Made by a program: the position numbers and the translations under genes
Shown: one piece after another, positions 21,094 to 31,952 of the stretch
Layout: every line of letters begins with the position of its first letter
Position numbering within the stretch: the stretch's first letter is position 1
The notes under the pieces: generated by a model
The model's database searches: none
Told to the model about the DNA's origin: nothing
What the model saw: the letters and a program-made list of their open reading frames with translations, nothing else
DNA from: Eutreptiella sp. 'Long Island Sound 2002'
Lineage: Eukaryota > Protista > Euglenida
Direction of reading: 5' to 3'
Assembly: GCA_964036045.1 (NCBI GenBank)
Contig: OZ038378.1
Coordinates: 88,970,001 to 89,034,000 of the forward strand
Length of the DNA stretch: 64,000 nucleotides

Positions 21094-23741
21094 CTCTGGC
21101 GATGGCGGACACATCCTCCGGGGAGCCCCCGAGCCAGACCGTATCGTTTGCCCAGGCCAGAATGTGCAGAAGGCCTGCCGGGGTGAGCACCCCGGGGTAG
21201 TCTCGGGACACAATCTTCGCCCTTACCTCCCCCATAGGCGCGTAGTCCAGCGGGGACAGAGGGCAGCCCTCTCCGGACCCCGCGTCGAACCACCCTTCGG
21301 CATGGTCGACATCCTCCGTGCCGCCCATGTCCAGGCGCATGTCCTCCACCAGGGAGCGGTACAGGCGACATAGCTCCGGACGTAACCCACCACCTGGTGT
21401 ACAGAGTCCCGGGACACGTGGTCCGGGGAACCGAAAGCGCGACGGACGTCGTCGAGGACGGGCCAGGCTTCGCCCCCGGAGCCCCAACGGTACCAAAAAT
21501 AGTCGTGCAGCACCCTGAGGAAGTCCCATATGGACGTTCCCGGCCATAGGGCGAATTGGATGGGGGGGAGGAAACCGTGCTCCCGAAGCCAGGGCTGCTC
21601 CTCTTCCATTATCACCAGACCCACCACCTTGCGCAGAAGGACAAGGCTGGTGAGCGGGCTGTCGTTGGCCCCAATGCCATGGGGAGGATTCTTAGGGAGG
21701 AGGTGGGGGTCCCCGTGCGAAAGGCCCTCCAGGCGTTCCCCCCGCATGTAGCGATTGATGACCTCGCATACAATGGCGAGGCCTTCGTCGTCCATCTCGT
21801 GCAACATCCAGTACTGCAACTGGTCGCGAGCCGGCGCCGTGTTGCCGGTGCGTTGGAGTATGCGGCGGAGGCGGGGGGCCGTAGCCGTGGGCAGCCCCAG
21901 TGGCTGTGCGGGTGTGACCCAACCCGTGAGGGCCCGGACGTCCCCCGGCGTCAGCTCCCTCAGCGTCTTCTGGTGTCGGTGACGCACCTGGTCCAGAGCC
22001 ACCCTGGCCCTGGCACGCGGCGCCACGTCCACATGAGCGCAGAACCGCGGTTGGACCGGCGGCGTGCGAGCGGGCCCGTACAGGTGGCGAAAAGCCCCAC
22101 TGGAGGGTCTGGCGAAGGGGGCCACCTCCGGGAGATGGGAGAGATACCGCTACAGGTTCCCCACCTTCCAGGCTTCCGCCAGGTCCTGGCGTAGATCCAA
22201 GCGCTCTTTGAGCGTGTCCAGTGACTCCCACCATCGTGGGCACCGCTTAGCGTGTGCCTAGAGCTGACGATGGACCCGGTCTACGCGTCCTGGGAGCTCC
22301 CCGAAATTCACGAGGGGGGCCGTGGGCCCTCTCCCCCGCGCGTATGGTGGAGGCCAGGAAATACTCGTACAGGGCCGCCAGACTCTCTGGCCGCAAACCC
22401 TCCTCCCGCCGGGCCGCTGATAAGGCCGCATGGTAGCTGTCTGTGACGCCCGGGTCACGTATCTGAAAATGCCTGGCGCGCAGGCGCACTGGGGGTCTGT
22501 CTTCCGGGTCCTGGGCGTCCCGAGCGTCCCACACCACCGGGCGGTGGTCCGAGGGGAAGGGGGAGGCCTCGTCCACCCACAGATGCCCCTCCTTCGGGGC
22601 AGGGCCTTGCAAAATGTGGTCAATCACCCCCACGCATCCTCGCCCGTCGGTCCACGTGGGCGCCTCGGCTGCGGGATGATAGCGGATTAGGCCGGTGTAA
22701 TGGATGAACTCCTCCCACAGGCAGCCGGGGCCTGCCGGAGGCGTGTCGCCCACCCTGGGTTGGTGTTGAGATCCCCCATCATTAGGGTATACACCCCACG
22801 ACGGGGGGCCATGACGCCCAGGGCCCATGCTAGGTTGCTCCGCACCATGTCCAAGTCCTGGTCGGCCGCGAAATACACCACCACCGCCAGGATGTGTCCC
22901 CCCCGACAGTGGTATTCCAGGGCAACGCCGCGCCCGCTAGAGTGCATGTCCCGCCATACCTCCCGAAAGGTGGGATGCCACCGCACCAGCAACCCCACCC
23001 CGGCTGCCGGATGCGCCGCGGGGGTGAATGTGGCCCAGTACATGGCGTGGACCACCATGAGGGCGGGCAGCTTGCCCACCTCCGTTAGCCCCACCAAGTC
23101 TGGGTAACCCCAACCGCGTAGACAAGATCCCAGAGCCGGCATCTTACCCATTAGGCCTCTCCGGAGGTTCAGGGTGACAGCCCCAAGGCCCCCGAGCCCG
23201 CGGTGGTAGCGTGGTAGCGGGTATGTCAAGCCTCCCCCGGTCCGTAGGACCCACCGCGTGCTCCTATCGGCGGAGGACGGCTTGCCGGACCTTGGTGGGG
23301 AGCTCTAGCGCCGTGGAGCGCGGCAAATACCGCCCCAGTGCCCGCGCATCGATGTTGGCCGCAACGTAGGCGGTGGAGCTGCTGGATGCAGCCTTGAACA
23401 CCACCCGGCCGCGACTGTACGTGGACCTGGGCACCCACGTCACGGATCCCTCGGCCCCGGGCGGGTGGGTAACGCCCCCCCCACCGCTGTACACCTACAG
23501 GGGCCGGGGTCTGTGATCCGGAGGGCTCCGCCCGGCGGTCCCGGACAAACTCCCCGACCAGTCGGCCCAGCTCGGGCCGCGTGGGCAGGAGCCTGCCCAG
23601 GGCCGTATACTGGGCCCGCAGGTTGCTTTGGGGGTACTCCGGGGGGAGGTCCAGCCTGGTAGCCAGATGCAGATGGAGCTTCTGGGCCTCCCCCGTCTGC
23701 GGCGGCGGTACCTCGTTGAGGTACACCAAGAGGGCGCGGAG
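21094..23741 (-). mobile_element. Inverted copy of the same element (ORF1 end, APE, RT through domain 5)
   Basis: 21582-23741 is the reverse complement of 18935-21093. The spacer 21094-21581 continues the RT on the minus strand: QFALWPG, LDDVRRAFGSPDH, GSGEGCPLSP, LAWAND. Confidence 0.9.
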
Positions 23742-24552
23742 AGCAACAATGACAACGGGCAGCGAAGAGCGAGACATGGCGTCAACTATCATCTGCCGCC
23801 GCTAGAAAAGGGACTTAGCCGCACGTGGGCTTGAAGCAGCGACAAGCAGCATGCCTAGGCCATGTGGGAGTGGCAACCACCCCTCACAAACAACACCAAC
23901 CGGCGGCATGCAGCTTGTTGCGCTATGTTGGAGCAACCATTGAGGAGGTCCCCGCATAGTAGGTGACGGCCGTTTCTAATGTGGAAATCTTGCCATGGAC
24001 AAGTTTTCACAGACTTAGTGTCTTGTTGAGTTGGATCCTCTTGAGGTCGGTTCTCGACGTGCCAATTGTCAACTTCTCTTTTACGCATTGTGGCAACGCG
24101 TTCGTATACGTGGCGTCTGTGGCGGAAGTGGGGTTTAGTTTTAAGGCTTTGACATTGGCCTTGAGAAGTTCCAGGCCGCATTTGGGTTTCTCCTTGCTCG
24201 TACTGCCACCCATGTAGACAAGTGCTAGTTTCAACGTGCGGCTGTGTATCCGGTCGAGCTCATGCCCATAGACCTTGAAGGCGGCGCCGATCCTGCAGTT
24301 TTTTACACCCGAGCGGAATTCCATATGGAAGCGCTCAAGCCACAAGTGTTTACCTAAGCAAACACACGAGCGGTGCGCAAGCGACACGGCTAGCATCATC
24401 ACTCCGAAATGTGCCTTGGCTTGCGGCAGCCATGGCATCGTGGTTGTCTGAGGGGTCCACAATGACGGCAGGGGTGAAGAGCAAGTTGGGGTGTTGATTG
24501 TCGTTTTCCACCGCGGGCAAAGTGTACCCTTTGTGCATGGCTGATGGTGTTC

Positions 24553-24666
24553 TTTTTGAATGTTGCCATTTACAATGCAAATTGTGTGAATTGGGGCGAA
24601 ATTCATGCATATTTGTATGCATATAACCCGAATTCGCACAATGTTGCGGTTGGCCTCATTCAAAAG
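24553..24666. mobile_element. MITE-like insertion, shorter paralog of 35195-35343
   Basis: Ends ttttgaatgttgccatttacaatg ... ggcctcattcaaaag; same site in the repeat unit as the 35.2-kb copy. Confidence 0.6.
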
Positions 24667-25155
24667 GATGGTTCACAAAGGGAATTTGCCGGACATGGGC
24701 TAGAAGGAGCCACAAGCATCATGCCCAGGACGTGTGGGAGTGGAAACAACCCCTCACAAAGGATGCTAGGCGACGGGATGCAGCTTGGTGCGCCATATTG
24801 AAGCAACCATCTTTGTTCGAGGAGGTCGTGCCAGAGTAAGCGCCGGCGGTGTTGCACATGGGAGACCTAACTTGGACAAGTTTTGACAGACGTTGTCTTG
24901 TTCGGTCGGGTGCTCTCACGGGGGGCGCTCCTGGTCAGGACCCGACCCCAAAGGGGGGGGGGGGGGGGGGGCCTCTACGGACCCCAAAATTGTCGCACGG
25001 AACAAGGTGCTTTGTCGGCGCCGGAGGCGCCGGAGATTTTGTTTTAGGCATACGGCAGGGGGAATTTTTCTTGTTCCACCCTATGTGTCTATCCTCAAAA
25101 TACTCAGAATTTTGTGGAGAATTCAAAAATGGCTGAAAACCACAAAAAAGGTTAT

Positions 25156-26968
25156 GTAGCCACCTTGCCCACTTTGTGGGCCACTTCTGATTTAGTCCCC
25201 CGCTTTGAAGCGGAGGGGCTCCCCGATACGGCAGGGGTGAGGTAGCCAATTTGCCCACTTGTGGGCCACTTCTGATTTAGTCCCCCGCTCTGCAGCGGTG
25301 GGGCTCCCCGATACGGCAGGGGTGAGGTAGCCACCTTGCCCACTTTGTGGGCCACTTCTGATTTAGTCCCCCGCTTTGAAGCGGAGGGGCTCCCCGATAC
25401 GGCAGGGGTGAGGTAGCCAATTTGCCCATTTTGTGGGCCACTTCTGATTTTGTCCCCCGCTCTGCAGCGGTGGGGCTCCCCGATACGGCAGGGGTGAGGT
25501 AGCCAATTTGCCCACTTGTGGGCCACTTCTCATTTTGTCCCCCGCTCTGCAGCGGAGGGGCTCCCCGATACGGCAGGGGTGAGGTAGCCAATTTGCCCAT
25601 TTTGTGGGCCACTTCTGATTTAGTCCCCCGCTCTGCAGCGGTGGGGCTCCCCGATACGGCAGGGGTGAGGTAGCCACCTTGCCCACTTTGTGGGCCACTT
25701 CTGATTTAGTGCCCCGCTTTGAAGCGGAGGGGCTCCCCGATACGGCAGGGGTGAGGTAGCCAATTTGCCCATTTTGTGGGCCACTTCTGATTTTGTCCCC
25801 CGCTCTGCAGCGGTGGGGCTCCCCGATACGGCAGGGGTGAGGTAGCCAATTTGCCCACTTGTGGGCCACTTCTGATTTTGTCCCCCGCTCTGCAGCGGTG
25901 GGGCTCCCCGATACGGCAGGGGTGAGGTAGCCAATTTGCCCACTTGTGGGCCACTTCTGATTTTGTCCCCCGCTCTGCAGCGGAGGGGCTCCCCGATACG
26001 GCAGGGGTGAGGTAGCCAATTTGCCCATTTTGTGGGCCACTTCTGATTTTGCCCCCCGCTCTGCAGCGGTGGGGCTCCCCGATACGGCAGGGGTGAGGTA
26101 GCCAATTTGCCCATTTTGTGGGCCACTTCTGATTTAGTCCCCCGCTCTGCAGCGGTGGGGCTCCCCGATACGGCAGGGGTGAGGTAGCCAATTTGCCCAT
26201 TTTGTGGGCCACTTCTGATTTTGCCCCCCGCTCTGCAGCGGTGGGGCTCCCCGATACGGCAGGGGTGAGGTAGCCAACTTGCCCATTTTGTGGGCCACTT
26301 CTGATTTAGTCCCCCGCTCTGCAGCGGTGGGGCTCCCCGATACGGCAGGGGTGAGGTAGCCAATTTGCCCATTTTGTGGGCCACTTCTGATTTAGTCCCC
26401 CGCTCTGCAGCGGTGGGGCTCCCCGATACGGCAGGGGTGAGGTAGCCAATTTGCCCACTTTGTGGGCCACTTCTGATTTTGCCCCCCGCTCTGCAGCGGT
26501 GGGGCTCCCCGATACGGCAGGGGTGAGGTAGCCAATTTGCCCATTTTGTGGGCCACTTCTGATTTAGTCCCCCGCTCTGCAGCGGTGGGGCTCCCCGATA
26601 CGGCAGGGGTGAGGTAGCCAATTTGCCCACTTTGTGGGCCACTTCTGATTTTGCCCCCCGCTCTGCAGCGGTGGGGCTCCCCGATACGGCAGGGGTGAGG
26701 TAGCCAATTTGCCCATTTTGTGGGCCACTTCTGATTTTGCCCCCCGCTCTGCAGCGGTGGGGCTCCCCGATACGGCAGGGGTGAGGTAGCCAATTTGCCC
26801 ATTTTGTGGGCCACTTCTGATTTTGTCCCCCGCTCTGCAGCGGAGGGGCTCCCCGATACGGCAGGGGTGAGGTAGCCAATTTGCCCATTTTGTGGGCCAC
26901 TTCTGATTTTGTCCCCCGCTCTGCAGCGGTGGGGCTCCCCGATACGGCAGGGCCACTTCTGATTTTGC
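25156..26968. repeat. 86-bp (85-bp variant) minisatellite, about 21 highly similar copies, inside the transposon
   Basis: Unit gccacttctgatttagtcccccgctctgcagcggtggggctccccgatacggcaggggtgaggtagccaatttgcccattttgtgg. Confidence 0.95.
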
Positions 26969-27200
26969 GGTTCCCCATCTTTAAAAATGGCTACGTTGTG
27001 TCGTAGTTAAATATTGCCACTCGTTGGTGCCCCCTAGGGTGTGCGCAAAAGGCTAAGTTGCAACTGGGGCGGTTCCCCATCTCCAAAAATGGCTACGTTG
27101 TGTCGCAGTTTAGGATTACCACGCTTTGGTGCTCCCTAGGGTGTGCGCAAATGGCTAAGTTGCAGGGGCGGTTCCCCACCTCTAAAATTGCCTACGTTGT
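26968..27200. repeat. About 100-bp tandem repeat, 2.3 copies, upstream of the ORF
   Basis: gcggttccccatct..aaaaatggctacgttgtgtcg..ctagggtgtgcgcaaa.ggctaagttgca is repeated. Confidence 0.85.
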
Positions 27201-27291
27201 GATGCTTGACCTTGCGAAGTGAGATGTGTGCTGTGTAGCGCGTTTCTTTCGTGTCCGTTTTTCCTTCATGGTGCTTCAGACATCTTAGACA

Positions 27292-30200
27292 ATGCCCTAC
27301 CACACGCAATATGATTGTGAGTGCGGAATGGTGTTACGGTCCGTCACGGATCAGGCCATTCAAGCACACCTTCAAGGCAAGGTCCACAAGAAGCGAATGC
27401 AAGACAACGACCCGTGGCAAGATTACGAGTGTGATTGCGGGCACAAATTGGAGCGTGTGAAGGCATTCCAAATCAAGCAGCATCGCGAATCTCCGGCGTG
27501 TAGGGAGGCGCGCTTGCACATTCTAAGCCAAAATTTCATGGCTGAAAGGGTGCAAGCTGTGCCGAGCGATTTTGCTTTTGAGGAGGAGGGTAATCCACCC
27601 CCGGTTGCAGAAGCAGATCCATGTGTTGGGCCCGCAGAGGAGGTTATGGTGGAGGTCGATGACGTCGGGATTGCTACTTGCCCGGGGTTTTGCCCGGAGC
27701 AACTCACACCAGAGACATTTTACAAGTTGTATCCATTTGCGATACACACTCCTGGGGGGATCCCAAACTGCCCGCCCATCAGTTGGCTGCCGGGTCACAA
27801 CGTGGTATTCAGTGTTGCGTGCGATGGCACAATGCACAACGGGGAAAAGTGTTGCGAACACTGCGCAGAGTTGAAGGGCTCGGAAGCATTGAAGAAAATT
27901 GTGGAGTATGCCATTGATGCCACGCCAAGGAGTGATTATTTGCGATTGGGTGTGCAACAGCTAAGCGAACTCTTGCACAAAAAACGCGATCAACGTGACG
28001 ACGTTCGCCTAGCTGCGCTAAATGCTCACCGCAAAATTGTGTCATTGCGTGGTGTTGCTGACACAGCCTCCAAATTGGTGATCGCACTGCGCACGAAAAA
28101 TTTCCATCGTGTTGGCCCTTTTTTGGAGCACCACATGTCGCAAGGTCACAGTCTTCGCTATTGCGTGGCCCTTTTGGAGCAAGCCGTTACCCCCCAGCTG
28201 TTGCACAAGTACACGGAGCAGGAACGGGACCTTGCGTTGCTAACATTGCGCTTGGGCGGTCCGAGGCTTTTGCATACTTTTTACAAGGCCGGAATTCTGC
28301 CCTCATCCCCGTTTTCGAAACAATTCCAGAGGGCTGAAAATCCGTTCAATCTGCAAGGCCACTTGCACCGTGACAAGGTCCGCACCTTGTTGGGGAGTAT
28401 TTGGTCGGGGTTGGAGCGGTGCCCCATACGCGCTTTGAAGGACGAGGCCTCCCTTCTACCTCGGCTGTCCGTGGCCCGCGACCCTGTGGAGAATGGACTC
28501 TTCTTTGTCGGATTGTGTGACTGCGTCAAGGAGCGTATCCCATACACCGGCATTCAGAGCGTCCGCCTCCAAGGCCACCGCTTCCCTGACTCCGAGCACT
28601 TTGTTTGCGAACGAGGAAATCAGAGTGCAGAGGATTACATTGGGATTTTGCGCAGTGCCTCCCGCAACTCTGTGCTTACGGCTGACAGCGTCCTCACTTG
28701 TGCACGGGCCGGGGTCGAGATCGCTACCGTTTGGCACGGAAAGCACCCCGACTGGGTTCGGACTTCCTCTCATCGTGGCCCTGTGGGAGACAACCTGAAT
28801 CCACGCACGGCTGGCCCATGTCTTGTTAAAGATGCTAACCTATATCTCCGTTGGATGGCTGGTCGGCAGGATGCTGAGGCAGTACTGCTCGAAGTCCCAA
28901 CACTCCGTTATGAGGCAGGTGATTTTTCGGTGTGGGACGACAATGGGTTTGGCATGTTGTCCCCATTTGGTGTGCGCATCGACAATGCTGCAATGCGCGA
29001 GTTGGATTCTGATAGTGACTCTGAGTGTGCTTCTGACCCCGATTCTAATTTTGCCTCTGACCCGGAAGATTCCTCGGATCAGGATGTTCCCGCTTCGGAG
29101 ATTGCACGTGAATCGCCGGAAAATGACACCACGTGTGAATATCATGGTTTGTTGCAAGCAGCAGAGGACACGGACCAATTGCTTTTTGTGGCTTTTGAGG
29201 GTCGTCGCATACACGTTCAACAGTTGTTGAACATTGTCGTCAATTCAGACCTGCAAGCTGCAACACAGAATTATCATCGACTATTACGCAACCAACAACC
29301 AGCATCCCCACAAGCTATTCTCACCACCCCCCAGAAAAGCGACCGTGTCCAGCCGTTTGATATTTTTTGCACTCTTGTGAACTACAATGACAAGAAGTGC
29401 AGCATCGGTTTTTTTTCGGTGGTAAAGGTTATGCATGCAGGGCGCCGAACGTTCCCCAGCGTTGCAGAATTGGAAGGCAGTCCCTATGAAATCCACTGCC
29501 AATTCATGCCCTTTGAGGTTTTGGGTGATGCTGGCGTTGCCCATTGGAATGGGCGTTTCTTGCAAAAGGTGCACAGTGTTTGTGCTGCTGACGCACATTT
29601 CGTTGCACCAACTGCAACGGTGGAGAGGTTGTGGCAGTTCTCGCTAAACGACATTGAACAGCTTTCGCGCTTTTTGATGCATGTCCCCTTGCCAAAGGCA
29701 GTGCCGCTTGTGCCGTATGCGGCGTTGGATTGTGCTCAATACCGTGAGCAGCTAAGGAATGCTCCGGGAGCAAAACGTATGCCTTGCCCTTTTCCGAATT
29801 GTGACCGATTTTTCATGCACGCTTCAATGCGGTCGCATATTGCTGGGCATTTTCTGCGAGGCCATAGGTGGGCCGGCCAAGAGGGTGCGGATAAAGGCGC
29901 ATTTTGCTTGTGGTGTGGCAACACAGATGGCAAGTGCAGCACAAGTGTGCACGGCAAGAAAATTGACAGCAATTGCAGTCTTGCGTACCATCGGCTACGG
30001 CTACACAGCGCGGCAACCCCAACAGCGATGAACCCTAGCACCAACTTGCCAGTTCGCTGCAAGGTGCTTGATTGCCGAAAATGGCACTGCACCTACGCCA
30101 TGCCACACCACATGGCACAAGCGCACCCTGGTGTGTCCCATGACTATGCCGGGTGCAGCGAAGAGGAGAAAACAAAGGTGTTGCAAGCCTTTGACAATTT

Positions 30201-30537
30201 CCGGGCCCCATTGCCACCGAAGGCGAAGCTTGCTGCGCCGCCGGCTCTGCCCACTGTTCTCCCTGCTCTTCTCTCTGGGCCAAACCAAGGTAGTAGTAGC
30301 AGTAGCAGTAGTAGTAGCAGCAGCTCGTCCACCAATGCCTCCTCCGGTACGAGTGCATCCTCCAGCAGTAGTGCCCCGTCAGGCACTAGTGACTATGTGC
30401 CATCGGAATCCATGTCTGATGGGCCGGCAGCCTGCCGGGTCACAAGAGCACAAGGAGCCCGGCCAAAGAAGCGTGCTCGCCCCAAGAGTACCGGCAAGAG
30501 GGCACGCGACGAGTGGGAGGATGATTCCGAAGCTTGA
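27292..30537 (+). CDS. 1081-aa transposase-derived protein: N-terminal Zn-finger-like repeats, P-like HTH/RNase H start, C-terminal Cys/His domain; central catalytic region apparently missing
   Basis: Uninterrupted ORF. Two C-x-C..H motifs at the N-terminus; YTEQERDLALLTLRLGGPRLL..GILPS; KDEASLLPRL..FVGLC (like P-type DEm.i..yd..G); HPDW..DNLNP..LRWMAGRQDAE; MRSHIAGHFL..CLWCG..NPSTNLPVRC..HMAQAH; Ser-rich basic tail. Confidence 0.7.
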   Translation: MPYHTQYDCECGMVLRSVTDQAIQAHLQGKVHKKRMQDNDPWQDYECDCGHKLERVKAFQIKQHRESPACREARLHILSQNFMAERVQAVPSDFAFEEEGNPPPVAEADPCVGPAEEVMVEVDDVGIATCPGFCPEQLTPETFYKLYPFAIHTPGGIPNCPPISWLPGHNVVFSVACDGTMHNGEKCCEHCAELKGSEALKKIVEYAIDATPRSDYLRLGVQQLSELLHKKRDQRDDVRLAALNAHRKIVSLRGVADTASKLVIALRTKNFHRVGPFLEHHMSQGHSLRYCVALLEQAVTPQLLHKYTEQERDLALLTLRLGGPRLLHTFYKAGILPSSPFSKQFQRAENPFNLQGHLHRDKVRTLLGSIWSGLERCPIRALKDEASLLPRLSVARDPVENGLFFVGLCDCVKERIPYTGIQSVRLQGHRFPDSEHFVCERGNQSAEDYIGILRSASRNSVLTADSVLTCARAGVEIATVWHGKHPDWVRTSSHRGPVGDNLNPRTAGPCLVKDANLYLRWMAGRQDAEAVLLEVPTLRYEAGDFSVWDDNGFGMLSPFGVRIDNAAMRELDSDSDSECASDPDSNFASDPEDSSDQDVPASEIARESPENDTTCEYHGLLQAAEDTDQLLFVAFEGRRIHVQQLLNIVVNSDLQAATQNYHRLLRNQQPASPQAILTTPQKSDRVQPFDIFCTLVNYNDKKCSIGFFSVVKVMHAGRRTFPSVAELEGSPYEIHCQFMPFEVLGDAGVAHWNGRFLQKVHSVCAADAHFVAPTATVERLWQFSLNDIEQLSRFLMHVPLPKAVPLVPYAALDCAQYREQLRNAPGAKRMPCPFPNCDRFFMHASMRSHIAGHFLRGHRWAGQEGADKGAFCLWCGNTDGKCSTSVHGKKIDSNCSLAYHRLRLHSAATPTAMNPSTNLPVRCKVLDCRKWHCTYAMPHHMAQAHPGVSHDYAGCSEEEKTKVLQAFDNFRAPLPPKAKLAAPPALPTVLPALLSGPNQGSSSSSSSSSSSSSTNASSGTSASSSSSAPSGTSDYVPSESMSDGPAACRVTRAQGARPKKRARPKSTGKRARDEWEDDSEA

Positions 30538-30557
30538 GGCCCCTCCCCTCCCTTCGC

Positions 30558-30582
30558 TTCTCTCTCTCTCTCTCTCTCTCTA
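30558..30582. repeat. (CT)n microsatellite
   Basis: Visible tc dinucleotide run. Confidence 0.9.
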
Positions 30583-31952
30583 TATGTCCGTGGCTCCCTT
30601 CGCTTCTCTACATATATGTCTGTGGTTTGTGACAAGGGGAAGGAGAGGCCTTTGGGTGAACTCAAGGCAACATCCAATACTACTCTGAAAGTGCTGCAGT
30701 GCAGCAAAACAATGACCATTCACAGTGCATCTTGTTAGCTTTGTGTGTTTGCGCGCTTGGACGGGGCCTGCCGGAAAAGGTGCTGGGTTTGGGTCAACCA
30801 AGGGGGGGGGGAGGGCCCCCCCCCCCCCTTCGGAGGGGGGTGGGGTCCCCCCCCCCCCCACAGCCCCCCAAACTGTCGAACACCCCTCGGGGTCACACAT
30901 TGGCTGGCGGCCGCCCCCGTGGGTGCTCTTGAGGACCGGTCTGGATGTGCCCATGGTTAAGGTCTCTGTTACCTAATGTCGGAACGCCTTCTTTTATGCA
31001 GTGTTGGTGCAACAGGGTGGTGAGGTTGATTCCTTCGGCATCGGCCGTGTGAAGTCACAAGAAACATTCCCGTCCTTTCAAGGCTTGCTCGTATTGCCAC
31101 GCAGGTAGGCAAGTGCTTGTTTCAACGTGCGGCTGTCTATCCGGTGGAGCTCATCATTAAACTTGTGCCGATCTTGCGGTTATCAACACCAGAGCAGATG
31201 CTAATATGGAAATGCCGAAGCCACAAGTGTTCACCTCAGGGAACGCACGAGCGGTGCGCAAGTGAGATGGCCACCATCATCACTAGCAAATGCTTGCAAA
31301 TGCGTGTGGGCCTTTGCCAGTGTCAACACCGTGGCTGCCCAAGGGCTCAACAATGACAACGGGCAGTGAAGCGGCAGATTGGGTGTGAACTATCATCTCC
31401 CGCCACTGGCAAGGGGAACTGGATGTACGTGGGCTTGTGGTAGCCACAAGCAGTACACCCCGGCCATGTGGGAGTGGCCAAAACCCCTCACAAACAACAC
31501 CAACCGCCGGTATGCAGCTTGGTGCGCCATGTTCGAGCAACCATTGAGGAGGTCCCCGTATAGTAGGTGACGGCGGTTTTCGATGTGGGAATCTTGCCAG
31601 GGACAAGTTTTCAGCGACTTAGTGTCTTGTTGAGTTGGATCCTCTTGAGGGCGGTTCTCGACGTGCCAATCGTCCACTTCTCTTTTACGCAAGTTGTGGC
31701 AACGCCTTTGTATATGTGGCGTCCGTGGCATGGGGTTTGAGGTTGAGCGCTTCGCCATTGGCTTTGTGAAATCCCAAGCCGCATTTGTGTGCCTTGACAT
31801 CCTTCAAGGCTTCCTCACACTGCCACGCAGGTACGCAAGAGCTAGTTTCAACGTCCCGCTCTCTGTCGCTGAAGCTCATGCCCATAGACCTTGAAGGCGG
31901 TGCCGATCTTGCTTTTGTCAACACCTGAGCGGAATTCCATATGGAAATGCCG

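Larger units (their letters stand above)
24917..30921 (+). mobile_element. Complete 6005-bp DNA transposon, P-element/THAP9-superfamily-like
   Basis: Perfect 8-bp TSD GGTGCTCT (24909-24916 and 30922-30929). Termini CACGGGGGGCG / CGCCCCCGTG. Host repeat is colinear across the insertion; a paralogous empty site GGTCCTCT lies at 35596-35603. Confidence 0.9.

Noticed and set aside
13500-26968. CRISPR-like regular repeats (103-bp and 86-bp arrays)
   Set aside because: Units are contiguous with no unique spacers, no cas genes are present, and the context is eukaryotic.
25152-26978. ORFs up to 452 aa
   Set aside because: Artefacts of the 86-bp array, with the frame rotating each unit.
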